A DNA stretch of 64,000 bases from an uncultured delta proteobacterium (GCA_963765675.1 CAVXXK010000001.1:1632001-1696000), one strand, 5' to 3'. Shown: positions 47,705-57,253, counted from the stretch's first letter. Notes: generated by a model not told the origin, from the sequence alone. Program-made: numbers and translations.

Positions 47705-48742
47705 ATGGCAAAACTTCTTCGACCGATGGAAACCCTGGTGGCCGCCGCCGCGATCGCGGCGATTTTCGGATCGGCCGCGCCTGTGTGCGCGCAGGTTCCG
47801 ACCGCAAGCCTGCAAACCGGTCCGCGGCTCGATTTTCCGGCCGGTCTGGCCACCGACAACCGCACCGTCTATGTCGCGAACTCGCGCAACAACACGGTCG
47901 TCGCGGTTGACGTGGTCTCGCACAGCATCACGAACCTCGCGGGGACCAATTTTCAGGACGGCAGCAACGACGGCGTAGGCCCGACCGCGCGCTTCAACAG
48001 CCCCGACGGGATGGCGCTGGTGAATCGCGACCTCTACGTCCTCGACACCAACAATTCCGATTTGCGCAAGATCAATCTCGATACCCACGCCGTTACCACC
48101 GCGGCCGGTACCGCGAATATCTCCGGCACCGATGACGGCCACGCCACCGCGGCGCATTTCAACCTGCCCACCCAAATCGCCACCGACGGACAGAACCTGT
48201 ACATCTCCGACAGCGGCAACAACCTTGTCCGCCGCCTGTCGCTGGCCGACGGGATGGTCAAGACGATAGGCGGACAGCCCCAAGTGGCCGGGAAAGTGGA
48301 TGGACCCGCGACCAAGTCGGAATTCAACGGACCGAGCGGAATCGCCACCGACGGCAAATTCGTCTACGTCGCCGACACAGGCAACGATGCGATCCGGAAA
48401 ATCGATCTCTCGACCATGACTACCTCAACGATCGCGGGCACCGGCGAAGAGGGCAGCAAAGACGGTCCTGGCCCGCAGGCGCAGTTCAATAATCCGGGCG
48501 CATTGTGCCTTAACGGAACCACACTGTATGTGATGGACGGCGACAATCACGCGATCCGCAAAATCGACACCGGCACCTTTAACGTGACCACGCTCACCCA
48601 GGTCAACGGACATATCGGCTCGGGATGCGCCGTCACCAGCGACGGCAAGACGCTGTATTACTCCGACACCACTGAGAACGCGGTGCAGGCGACCGATACT
48701 TCCAATGGCAACTTCGTGCCGCTGTATCCGTTAACCCAATGA
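47705..48742 (+). CDS. exported NHL-repeat beta-propeller protein
   Basis: Signal peptide; repeated FNxPxGIATDG..YVAD.GN..IRKID. Confidence 0.88.
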   Translation: MAKLLRPMETLVAAAAIAAIFGSAAPVCAQVPTASLQTGPRLDFPAGLATDNRTVYVANSRNNTVVAVDVVSHSITNLAGTNFQDGSNDGVGPTARFNSPDGMALVNRDLYVLDTNNSDLRKINLDTHAVTTAAGTANISGTDDGHATAAHFNLPTQIATDGQNLYISDSGNNLVRRLSLADGMVKTIGGQPQVAGKVDGPATKSEFNGPSGIATDGKFVYVADTGNDAIRKIDLSTMTTSTIAGTGEEGSKDGPGPQAQFNNPGALCLNGTTLYVMDGDNHAIRKIDTGTFNVTTLTQVNGHIGSGCAVTSDGKTLYYSDTTENAVQATDTSNGNFVPLYPLTQ

Positions 48743-48773
48743 GACGGGCGGCCATCACCGCGCGTAAAGTTCA

Positions 48774-49820
48774 GTGATCGATCTGCGCAGCGACACCGTT
48801 ACGCTGCCTACTCCCGCGATGCGTGAGGCGATCGCGCGCGCCGAGCTGGGTGACGACGTTTACGGCGAAGATCCCACCGTCAACCGGCTCGAGGCGATGG
48901 CCGCCGCGGTCGTCGGCAAAGAGGCGGCGTTGCTGGTGCCGAGCGGCACGATGGGCAACCTGGCAGCGATGCTGACGCATTGCGCGCGCGGCACCCGCGC
49001 GTTTGTCGGCTCCGAATCGCACACCAATCTTTATGAAGCCGGCGGCGCCTCGGCGCTGGGCGGAATCATCCTGACGCCGATTCATAACGAGGATAGCGGC
49101 GAGCTTTCGCTCGACGAGCTTCGGCGCGAGCTCTCGGCGCCGGAAGACGACCATTTCGCGCACGCGGGACTGGTGGTGATCGAAAACACGCACAACCGAT
49201 GCGGCGGCGCTCCAATCGCGCTCTCGCACATGGCCGCGGTCGCCGAGCTGGCGCATCGCAAGGCGTTGCCGGTGCATCTGGACGGCGCGCGCATCTTCAA
49301 CGCCGCGGCCGCTCTGGAAGCCAAGCCGGCGGCTATCGCCGCTTACGCCGACAGCGTCTCTTTTTGCCTGTCGAAGGGGCTCGCGTGTCCTGCCGGTTCG
49401 ATGCTGTGCGGGAGCCGCGAGTTTATCGCCCGCGCGCGCCGCACGCGCAAGCTGCTCGGCGGCGGGATGCGGCAGGCGGGAATTCTCGCGGCGGCGGGAA
49501 TCGTCGCGCTGACCACGATGGTCGATCGGCTGGCCGAGGATCACTCACACGCACGCGCGCTCGCGCAAGGCCTCGCGCTGGTCGCGGGAATCAACGTGCG
49601 CCAGGTTCCGCGCCGTACCAACATGGTGGTGTTCGACCTTGACGGCGAAGCGGCGGGCGCGCGCAAGTTCAACGAAGCGATGCGCGAGCGCGGCGTTCTG
49701 ATCTCGCCGCGCGAGCCCGGCTCATTCCGCGCCGTCACCCATTACGGAATCTCGCGCGCCGATATCGATCGCGCGGTCGCGATGGCAGCCCAAGCCGCCG
49801 GCGAAATCTTCGGCGACTAA
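48774..49820 (+). CDS. ltaE: low-specificity L-threonine aldolase
   Basis: DLRSDTVT, SGTMGN, HLDGARIFN, CLSKGL, GGGMRQAG. Confidence 0.93.
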   Translation: MIDLRSDTVTLPTPAMREAIARAELGDDVYGEDPTVNRLEAMAAAVVGKEAALLVPSGTMGNLAAMLTHCARGTRAFVGSESHTNLYEAGGASALGGIILTPIHNEDSGELSLDELRRELSAPEDDHFAHAGLVVIENTHNRCGGAPIALSHMAAVAELAHRKALPVHLDGARIFNAAAALEAKPAAIAAYADSVSFCLSKGLACPAGSMLCGSREFIARARRTRKLLGGGMRQAGILAAAGIVALTTMVDRLAEDHSHARALAQGLALVAGINVRQVPRRTNMVVFDLDGEAAGARKFNEAMRERGVLISPREPGSFRAVTHYGISRADIDRAVAMAAQAAGEIFGD

Positions 49821-49868
49821 CCGCTGGCGGGGGAACGCTCCGATTCCCGAGTACCTGCTTGACGTAGT

Positions 49869-49976
49869 ATGCGCGGCCAGTGGGCGATATCGGTAAATGG
49901 CCGATGGCGGATCTGCTTCGAGTTTCGCGCGGGAGATGTATACAACGTCGAGATCGTAGATTATCACGAGGGCTGA
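49869..49976 (+). pseudogene. higB: 5'-truncated HigB (RelE/ParE family) toxin remnant
   Basis: MRGQWAISVNGRWRICFEFRAGDVYNVEIVDYHEG*; in-frame stop at 49860; directly upstream of higA. Confidence 0.85.
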
Positions 49977-49979
49977 ATT

Positions 49980-50267
49980 GTGATGAAAAGAATTCCAACG
50001 CATCCTGGTGAGATTTTGAAGGAAGAGCTGTCGGCGCGAGGGCTCAGTGCTAACCGCCTCAGCCTCGATTTGGCGGTACCGTCGGGCCGGATCGTCGAAA
50101 TTATAAACTGCAAGCGCGCGATCACTCCCGACACGGCGCTCCGGCTCGGCCGGTACTTTGGCAACGCCCCGCAATTCTGGATGAATCTTCAGGTGCAGTA
50201 CGATCTCGCGGTCGCTGAGCGCAAGCATGGCGCGGAAATCGCCGCGCGCGTCGGGCATGCCGCCTGA
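49980..50267 (+). CDS. higA: HigA antitoxin (HTH)
   Basis: HPGEILKEE, RAITPDTALRL, FWMNLQ. Confidence 0.92.
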   Translation: MMKRIPTHPGEILKEELSARGLSANRLSLDLAVPSGRIVEIINCKRAITPDTALRLGRYFGNAPQFWMNLQVQYDLAVAERKHGAEIAARVGHAA

Positions 50268-50284
50268 TTTAGGGCGGTGAATCA

Positions 50285-51070
50285 ATGGACTCTCTGGAAT
50301 CGCTGTTCTCGCTGCGAGGGCGACGGGCGCTGGTCACAGGAGCGTCGTCGGGACTTGGCGTTGAATGCGCGATCGCGCTTGCGATCGCGGGCGCCGACGT
50401 CGCGCTGGTCGCGCGGCGGGCCGATCGCGTCGGGAAACTTGCTGCGGAGATATTGAAAACCTATCACGTCAAGGCCACCGGAATTGGCGCCGATGTCTCG
50501 CTCGACGGCGATTTGGATCGTGCGCTGGCGCAGGCCAGTGACGCGCTCGGGGGCGTGATCGATATCCTGGTGAATAACGCCGGAGTCTCGCCGACCGGCC
50601 GTGCGGAGAATTTCAAGCGCGAGGATTGGGACCATGCGCTCGCAGTCAACCTGACCGCGCCGATGATGCTCTCGCAGCGGGTCGCGCGGGCGCTAATCGC
50701 CGCAAAGACGCCGGGCCGGATCATCAACATGGCGTCGATCTATGCCAGCGTCGCGAGCTCGGTCTATCGGTTGTCGGCATACGCCGCGACCAAGGCCGCG
50801 CTCGGCAATCTCACCCGGCAACTCGCGGTCGAATGGGCGCCGCATCAAATCCTGGTCAATGCAATTGCGCCCGGATGGATTCCGACCGAGGCGACCGAAG
50901 GCGGAATCGCCAAAGCCGCCAATCGCCAGCGCATGGAGACCTTCACTCCCTTGGGCCGTCTGGGCCGCCCCGAGGAAATCCGCGGCGCGGTGGTCTTCCT
51001 TGCGGGTCCCGCTTCCAGCTACGTTACCGGCGCCATGCTCGCGGTTGACGGCGGCTACACCGCGTGGTGA
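50285..51070 (+). CDS. SDR oxidoreductase
   Basis: TGASSGLG, NNAG, YAATK, VDGG. Confidence 0.9.
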   Translation: MDSLESLFSLRGRRALVTGASSGLGVECAIALAIAGADVALVARRADRVGKLAAEILKTYHVKATGIGADVSLDGDLDRALAQASDALGGVIDILVNNAGVSPTGRAENFKREDWDHALAVNLTAPMMLSQRVARALIAAKTPGRIINMASIYASVASSVYRLSAYAATKAALGNLTRQLAVEWAPHQILVNAIAPGWIPTEATEGGIAKAANRQRMETFTPLGRLGRPEEIRGAVVFLAGPASSYVTGAMLAVDGGYTAW

Positions 51071-51119
51071 CGCGTCCGCTGACGACCCGCAGGACGCGCG
51101 AGCAGGGCGGGGTAAGTTG

Positions 51120-52559
51120 ATGAGCAATCGGGATCTCTCGCGCCAGATTTTCCGCCGCAAGCCGGCCGCGATGCTGATGGCCGAGGCGGATAGCGGAAGC
51201 ACCGGGCTCAAGCGCGTGCTGGGTGCGTTGGACCTTACGATGCTCGGGATCGGCGCGATTGTCGGCGCCGGAATTTTCGTGCTGACCGGCGTCGCGGCGG
51301 CAAAATACGCCGGACCCGCGGTCACGCTTTCATTCGTGGTGTCGGGATTCGCGTGCGCGATGGCGGCGCTGTGTTACGCCGAGTTCGCCGCGATGATCCC
51401 GATTGCGGGGAGCGCGTACTCGTACTCCTACGCCACGATGGGCGAGCTGGTCGCATGGATCATCGGATGGGATCTCGTGCTCGAGTACGCGGTCGGCGCC
51501 GCCGCCGTGGCAGTCGGATGGTCCGGCTACCTGCAGGTGATTCTGAAAGGCTTCGGGCTCAGCCTGCCGAGCGCGATCGCGCACGCACACGGAGCCGGTC
51601 CCGGCGGCGTGATCGACCTGCCGGCGTTGCTCATCGTGCTGGTGATTAGCGCGGTGTTGTACGTCGGAATCTCCGAGAGCGCGCGGCTCAACTCGTTGAT
51701 CGTCGCGATCAAGCTGGCCGCGATCGCGCTTGTGATTGTCGTCGGCGCATTTTATATCCGCCCCGCCAACTGGTCGCCGTTCGCGCCGATGGGATGGACC
51801 GGCGTGATGAAGGGCGCCGCGGTTATTTTCTTCGCCTATATCGGATTCGACGCGGTCTCGACCGCGGCCGAGGAGGTGATCGATCCGAATCGCGACCTGC
51901 CGATCGGAATCCTTGCGTCGCTGTTCGTCTGCACCGCGCTCTATATCCTGGTGGCCGGCGTGCTGACCGGGATGGTCCCGGCGCACACGATCGACTTGAA
52001 CGCGCCGCTCGCGTCCGCTTTCGTGCATCGCGGGCTGAACGCGGCTTCGGGAGTCATTTCGCTCGGCGCGGTAGCGGGTCTGACTTCCGTGCTGCTGGTG
52101 CTGCTGCTCGGCCAGTCGCGGGTGTTCTTCGCGGTCTCGCGCGACGGATTGCTCCCACCGGCCTTCAGCCGGATTCATCCGCGCTTCCGGACTCCGTATA
52201 TCCCGACAACGCTGACCGGAATCGCGGTTGGAATCACGGCCGCGCTGCTGCCAATTCAGGAAATCGCGGAGCTGACCAATATCGGCACGCTGTTCGCCTT
52301 CGTGCTGGTATGCCTGGGGCTGATGATTCTGCGCTGGATCGCGCCGCAGATGCACCGGCCATTTCGCACTCCGTTGGTGCCGGTCGTGCCGAGCCTCGGC
52401 GTGATCTTCTGCCTGTACCTGATGCTCAGTCTTCCGGTGGTGACCTGGATCCGGTTCTTTGTCTGGATGGCGATCGGGTTCGGAATTTATTTTGGCTACG
52501 GACGTTTCCATAGCCGCGTCGCCGCGGCCGCCGACAGGGCCTCGGCCGCCGCCGACTGA
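51120..52559 (+). CDS. amino acid permease (APC/CAT family)
   Basis: GIGAIVGAGIF, AGSAYSY, FFAYIGFDAV. Confidence 0.92.
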   Translation: MSNRDLSRQIFRRKPAAMLMAEADSGSTGLKRVLGALDLTMLGIGAIVGAGIFVLTGVAAAKYAGPAVTLSFVVSGFACAMAALCYAEFAAMIPIAGSAYSYSYATMGELVAWIIGWDLVLEYAVGAAAVAVGWSGYLQVILKGFGLSLPSAIAHAHGAGPGGVIDLPALLIVLVISAVLYVGISESARLNSLIVAIKLAAIALVIVVGAFYIRPANWSPFAPMGWTGVMKGAAVIFFAYIGFDAVSTAAEEVIDPNRDLPIGILASLFVCTALYILVAGVLTGMVPAHTIDLNAPLASAFVHRGLNAASGVISLGAVAGLTSVLLVLLLGQSRVFFAVSRDGLLPPAFSRIHPRFRTPYIPTTLTGIAVGITAALLPIQEIAELTNIGTLFAFVLVCLGLMILRWIAPQMHRPFRTPLVPVVPSLGVIFCLYLMLSLPVVTWIRFFVWMAIGFGIYFGYGRFHSRVAAAADRASAAAD

Positions 52560-52583
52560 CGCCGTCTCTCGCGCTAACTTCCG

Positions 52584-53162
52584 CTACTGGTTGGCGGCCT
52601 TTTGTGCGGCCGCGGCGGCTGCTGCCGCTGCGGCGTGAGCTGCCGCGGCTTTCTGCTGCGCCTGGGCGCGCGCGTCGCCGCGCGCGATATTGCCCGTCAT
52701 CTTTCTGCCGGCGGCCGCGCCGAGCGCCTGCTGCTCCCATTTGGGCTTGGCCATCTCGACCCATCTGCCGTTCACCAGAGCATAGGAAAAGACCAGGTAC
52801 TTGAGCGTTCCGGTCGCCGCGCCCTTCGAGCTGCCGGGCTTGGTCGGATCGTATTCGACGCCGCCGAGCTTGACGCTGCACGTGAGCTGATGATGGGGAC
52901 CATAGGAGGGCAGGTACTCGAACTTCGGCTGAAGATCGATGTAGGTCTTCTTCTCGTTCCTGCGCTGGTCCTGCTCGTCGAGGTACGGACCCGCTTCGTC
53001 CGAGACCTTGTCGGTCAGCGTACGCTGCAAGGCCGGTGTCAGATCCTGTTGGACGCGATGATGCGGCAGCGCTTGCGCATGCAGGGGCTGAAGATTGGCG
53101 GGTGAAAACAGCAGCGCGGCCGCTATCAGAGCGGCCGCGCTGGTTATGTATCGCATTTTCAT
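52584..53162 (-). CDS. hypothetical exported protein with Ala-rich tail
   Basis: Signal peptide; last gene of the exbBD-vWA run. Confidence 0.7.
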   Translation of the reverse strand: MKMRYITSAAALIAAALLFSPANLQPLHAQALPHHRVQQDLTPALQRTLTDKVSDEAGPYLDEQDQRRNEKKTYIDLQPKFEYLPSYGPHHQLTCSVKLGGVEYDPTKPGSSKGAATGTLKYLVFSYALVNGRWVEMAKPKWEQQALGAAAGRKMTGNIARGDARAQAQQKAAAAHAAAAAAAAAAQKAANQ

Positions 53163-53212
53163 AGCGGTCTAATCCTTACCAGATTAGACGGCCGCGAGCA
53201 CGTCCGGATTTG

Positions 53213-54442
53213 CTATTCCGAACCGCTGCCGCCTCCGGAATTAATTCCCCTCCCGAAAGCGGAGACCTGGTTCTGCCATTGCTCGCCAAAGGCCAGGATC
53301 AATACCTGCTGGTTGATATGCGAGTCGTGCGTCAGCGAACGCATCGCACCGCCTCCCGCGTTGGCCAGCACCTTGAAGGCCGCCTGGGTCTGCTTGGCGA
53401 ACTGCGGCAGCGCCGAGATCTTCGGCGGCTCCTCGCGATGCACCTTCAGCCAGAACTCGCGCTCGAAGCGCTCGTGCTCTTCGGCGGTAACGTCCACCGT
53501 GTTGAAGGTGCCGTTCTCACTCTTGAACTGCCGGATCAGCGAGAGCAGCGGTGCGAAGTCGTCTTTTGCCGGCGGCGAATCGCCGACCAGCACGATCACC
53601 TTCTTCGCGTATGGCTTCCAGTCCATCTTGCCGATCGCCGTCTGGCAGGCGCCGAGGGTGTCTTCTTCCCATTCGCCGCCACCCTTGGCGGTGATGTTGT
53701 TCAGAAAATCGGTCAGCTTCTGCGGTGATAGCGTCAGCGGCTGGATCTCCATCTTCTCACCCTTGCCGCCGAACACGATGATGCCGACGCGCGCGATCGG
53801 GACCAGCCGATGGATCGCCTGGATAAGCTGCGCCATCTTGGCTTTCACGTCGTTGATGATCAGACCCATCGATCCGGTGCCGTCGATCACCAGCACCACG
53901 TCCAGACCCTTGCGGCGCAACTCTCCGATGAATCCGCCGAAGCCCGATCCGATACCGTGACCGTAGCCCGAACCCATACCGCCGCCACGGCCGATTCCGA
54001 TTCCGCCGCCGCCTGCGGCGCGGACGTAATCGTTGGCGAGTCCGACAGCCTGCGAAGTATCGACAGCCTGCGGAGTGTCCATCTGCTGCGGTGCGGTGTC
54101 AGGCATCGGCACTTCAGGCATGTCGAGATCCTGCATCTCGTTGCCGCCTCCACCGCCGCCGCCTGCTTCGAGATTAACCATGATCAGTTCGCGTCCGCGC
54201 TGTTCGTGAACGGTTATGATCAGAAACAGCAATACCAGGACGTGAATCGCGACCGAGAGCGGGAATGGGCCGATCAACAGCCGCAACCCGTCGCGAATTT
54301 TTTGCAGCCGGCTAACGTCGGCGGTGTCTTCGTCGCCCCGTACTTCGGCTGCGGCCTCTCTCTTCGAGGTCAGCCGATACAGCACGAATGCCGTAACGAA
54401 CATCGAAATCAACAGAAGTATAATTAGTATTGGCCAGAACAT
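53213..54442 (-). CDS. membrane-anchored vWA protein with TonB/TolA-like SxxxH helix
   Basis: Two TM helices, second contains LSVAIH; Pro- and Gly-rich linker; MIDAS-like VLVIDGTGSM, GGGEWEE, VLVGDSPP. Confidence 0.85.
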   Translation of the reverse strand: MFWPILIILLLISMFVTAFVLYRLTSKREAAAEVRGDEDTADVSRLQKIRDGLRLLIGPFPLSVAIHVLVLLFLIITVHEQRGRELIMVNLEAGGGGGGGNEMQDLDMPEVPMPDTAPQQMDTPQAVDTSQAVGLANDYVRAAGGGGIGIGRGGGMGSGYGHGIGSGFGGFIGELRRKGLDVVLVIDGTGSMGLIINDVKAKMAQLIQAIHRLVPIARVGIIVFGGKGEKMEIQPLTLSPQKLTDFLNNITAKGGGEWEEDTLGACQTAIGKMDWKPYAKKVIVLVGDSPPAKDDFAPLLSLIRQFKSENGTFNTVDVTAEEHERFEREFWLKVHREEPPKISALPQFAKQTQAAFKVLANAGGGAMRSLTHDSHINQQVLILAFGEQWQNQVSAFGRGINSGGGSGSE

Positions 54443-54462
54443 TTGATGAAGTGCTCCCGCTG

Positions 54463-54936
54463 CTACGCTCCGCCACCCGGCGCTGCGCCCGAACCGCCGC
54501 CCGGTGGCAGCGATGAGACGGCGATCGCGATTGCCTCGGCGCCCGCGGTCTTGGCGATGTCCAGAATCCGGACCATGTCGCCCAAAATGACCTTGGGGTC
54601 GCCTTGGAAAATCACGATTTTGTCCGAGGATTGCAGCGGTGCGAGCTGCTGCTGCAGCGTCGTCATCAGCTGCGCCTCCGTTACCTGCTGCGAGCCGACC
54701 ATGATCTGGTGGTCCGCGGTGTAGGTGACGATGACTCCCTTGGGCTTGTCGGTGGGTGCCGCTGCTTCCGCCTTGGGCAGGTCCACGTGCGCGGCAGATT
54801 CAATTGTGACTGCGGTGGTCACCATGAAGATGATCAGCAGTACCAGAAAGATGTCAGTCAACGGCGTGATGTTGATATCCGAGAATACGCCGCCGCTGCC
54901 ATGTCCAGCTTTCTTTTTCTTCTGCTTCCTTGTCAT
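54463..54936 (-). CDS. exbD: ExbD/TolR family protein
   Basis: DINITPLTDIFLVLLIIFMV, GD..V..G..V.ILD..K.AG. Confidence 0.92.
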   Translation of the reverse strand: MTRKQKKKKAGHGSGGVFSDINITPLTDIFLVLLIIFMVTTAVTIESAAHVDLPKAEAAAPTDKPKGVIVTYTADHQIMVGSQQVTEAQLMTTLQQQLAPLQSSDKIVIFQGDPKVILGDMVRILDIAKTAGAEAIAIAVSSLPPGGGSGAAPGGGA

Positions 54937-54989
54937 TGGCGAATCCTCTCGAGAACGGATGCGTCCGCGTGTGCGTTACGCTCCGCCGC

Positions 54990-55436
54990 TCAGCCTCCCG
55001 ATGCTCCCTGGTTGGCGAGCTGTGCGCCGGTGACGCGCTTGGCCGCTATTGCGATCTGGCCAGCGCCGGCGGCTTTGGCGATATTCAGGATTCGCACCAT
55101 GTCGCCCAGGAGCACTTTGCGGTCGCCCTGGAAGACAACGACTTTTGCATCAACCTTGCTCAGCGCTTCGCGCAAGCTGGGCAGCAGTTCCCGTTCCGGA
55201 ACGTCCTTCGAGTTCACGAACAACTCATGCTGCGCCGTATAGGTGACTATCACGCCCTTGTTTTCAGGGCTGGTGTTGGTCGCGTTGGGCAAATCCACAT
55301 GCGCGGCCGACTCGATAGTGACCGACGTGGTCACCATAAAGATGATCAGCAGCACCAAAAAGATATCGGTGAGCGGGGTGATGTTAATGTCGGCGAAGAC
55401 CCCGCCGCCTTCACCCTTTGGACCACTAACGGCCAC
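54990..55436 (-). CDS. exbD: ExbD/TolR family protein
   Basis: DINITPLTDIFLVLLIIFMV; GTG start overlapping exbB. Confidence 0.92.
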   Translation of the reverse strand: MAVSGPKGEGGGVFADINITPLTDIFLVLLIIFMVTTSVTIESAAHVDLPNATNTSPENKGVIVTYTAQHELFVNSKDVPERELLPSLREALSKVDAKVVVFQGDRKVLLGDMVRILNIAKAAGAGQIAIAAKRVTGAQLANQGASGG

Positions 55437-56067
55437 CAGCTTGCCTCCCCTGCAGCGCCGCGTCCATCAGGCGGTCGGCGTTGATGTGCAGGATCGCATT
55501 GATGTTTTCGATCTTCACCGAGAAGTAGTTGTAGAAAATAACCGCGATGATCGCGACGGCGAGTCCGAGTGCGGTCGAAATCAACGCTTCGGAAATACCG
55601 GCCGCGACGACCGAGAATCCGCCGGTGCCCATAATTGCCATCGACTGGAAGGCGACCAGGATGCCGACGACGGTCCCGAACAGTCCGATAAACGGTGCCG
55701 ATGCGCCTGCGGTCGCGAGCACCCAGACATAGCGCTTGAGCTCAAGGCCCTCTTGATAGCGCCGCTCGTCGTCGAGGTCTTCAAGATGTTCGCGATCCAT
55801 GGTTTGCGCCGCCGAGATGAGCGTATGGAAGACGCGGTCCGAAGCGGTGGCGCGAGCCTGAGTCGCCTGCAGTGCCTGGTTGAAGTTACCCTGGCGGAGC
55901 TGAGGGATCAGCGCGTCGGCCGATTTAGCGGTCTTCGACATGATTCCGCGCAGCGCCCACAGGCGCTCGAAAATGATCGCCAGGCAGACCACCGATATGA
56001 ACAGCAGGGGATACGTTGCGTAGTAGCCCTGTTGAATCATCCCCAAAATGCTGAACTGATTAGACAT
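55426..56067 (-). CDS. exbB: MotA/TolQ/ExbB proton channel
   Basis: APFIGLFGTVVGI, GISEALISTALGL. Confidence 0.92.
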   Translation of the reverse strand: MSNQFSILGMIQQGYYATYPLLFISVVCLAIIFERLWALRGIMSKTAKSADALIPQLRQGNFNQALQATQARATASDRVFHTLISAAQTMDREHLEDLDDERRYQEGLELKRYVWVLATAGASAPFIGLFGTVVGILVAFQSMAIMGTGGFSVVAAGISEALISTALGLAVAIIAVIFYNYFSVKIENINAILHINADRLMDAALQGRQAGGR

Positions 56068-56220
56068 CGCCTATCCTCACTAATGTGGTTTAGATTTTGA
56101 GCGGCGCAATTCTCAGGTCCCGCTCGAACCGTTCTCTAGCCCCAAACTTATCCTCGCGGTTCTCCCCTGAACCGGCCGCACTATACCTGCGCCATCCCGG
56201 GATTTCATATCCCGGCAGAC

Positions 56221-56241
56221 AAAAAAATCCGGCGTGCCGGA
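56221..56241 (-). terminator. terminator-like hairpin upstream of exbB
   Basis: Minus strand TCCGG-CACG-CCGGA followed by T7. Confidence 0.55.
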
Positions 56242-56537
56242 GACGACGCGGAAGCCTTTAATGGAACAAAGGGCTGTTTTTGTCAAGAGGGACTAACGCT
56301 GCGGAGACAAAACATCCACTTGGCGGGCGCTTCGCGCCGCACTCCTGGGCCGCTTCGATTGCAAACGGCCTGACTCTCAAAGCATAGAGCGCGCCCATGC
56401 TTAGCGCAATCCAGAGAATTTCGCTTTCGCAAGATACGCCGACAGGCGTCCGGTCGGGACCTGAGCAGGCGCTGTCGGCGCCGAGCCGGTGATGCCTTCG
56501 TCTTGACTTCTTGGTCTCTCAAGTCTATCCAAGTTTT

Positions 56538-56559
56538 GACCGCCGAGCGGTCTTTTTTT
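56538..56559 (+). terminator. terminator-like hairpin upstream of lipoprotein gene
   Basis: GACCGC-CGA-GCGGTC followed by T7. Confidence 0.55.
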
Positions 56560-56629
56560 CTGATCGCGTCTCCTCTTGGGTATCCTTTTGGGAGTTTTCT
56601 GGAGATTTCTTTTAAAGACTACTATCCTG

Positions 56630-57253
56630 ATGTCTAATTCGACGAAGTTGGTGCGTTACTTGTTCAATCGATACTCGGCAGTCCGCCCGATTCAGTCCGG
56701 GCCACGCGCGATCTCAATCGCGGTGCTGTCCGCGATTTTTCTGCTCGCCGCCGCCGGATGCAACAAGCCCGCGCCGCAGGCGCCCGTCGCCGTCAAGAAA
56801 GTCGCCCTCGGGCCCGACGAGCCCTACAAGACGCTGCCGCCTGATATGTTCACCGGGATGCCGATTTATCCGAACTCCACGATTGAGCATGTCCGCCGCC
56901 CAAAGGGATCAATGCGCGAGGTGGTGTTTTCCACCGACGCTGCGATGCCGGCGCTGGTTGCTTACTTCAAGGAAGGGCTCAAGCAGGGCAATTTCCACAT
57001 CACTTCGTCGCTCATTATGCCGGCGCGGCGCACCTGGTCGTGCGACTTCCACAAAGAGGGCCGCCCGGGCAGCATCATGCTCTACCCGAGCGACGCCGAT
57101 AAGTCGAAAATGACGATCGATTTGATCTATGAGCTGCCCTCGAAAGTTGACGAGGCGATGCTCGAGCCGGTCGAGAAGTTTGATGTGGTAGGGCCCGGAG
57201 AGGTTGCCCAACAGGCGGTCCCTAATCCTAGAGAGAACACGAAGCAGAACTAG
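56630..57253 (+). CDS. putative lipoprotein
   Basis: Lipobox-like LAAAG-C; GMPIYPNS; start uncertain. Confidence 0.7.
   Translation: MSNSTKLVRYLFNRYSAVRPIQSGPRAISIAVLSAIFLLAAAGCNKPAPQAPVAVKKVALGPDEPYKTLPPDMFTGMPIYPNSTIEHVRRPKGSMREVVFSTDAAMPALVAYFKEGLKQGNFHITSSLIMPARRTWSCDFHKEGRPGSIMLYPSDADKSKMTIDLIYELPSKVDEAMLEPVEKFDVVGPGEVAQQAVPNPRENTKQN

Noticed and set aside
52600-52650. GCN-rich repeat
   Set aside because: Poly-Ala coding tail of the exported protein
46771-54442. vWA protein at 53213 as the CbbO/NorD partner of the CbbQ ATPase
   Set aside because: It is membrane-anchored, lacks the large CbbO N-terminal region, lies on the opposite strand and belongs to the exbBD run
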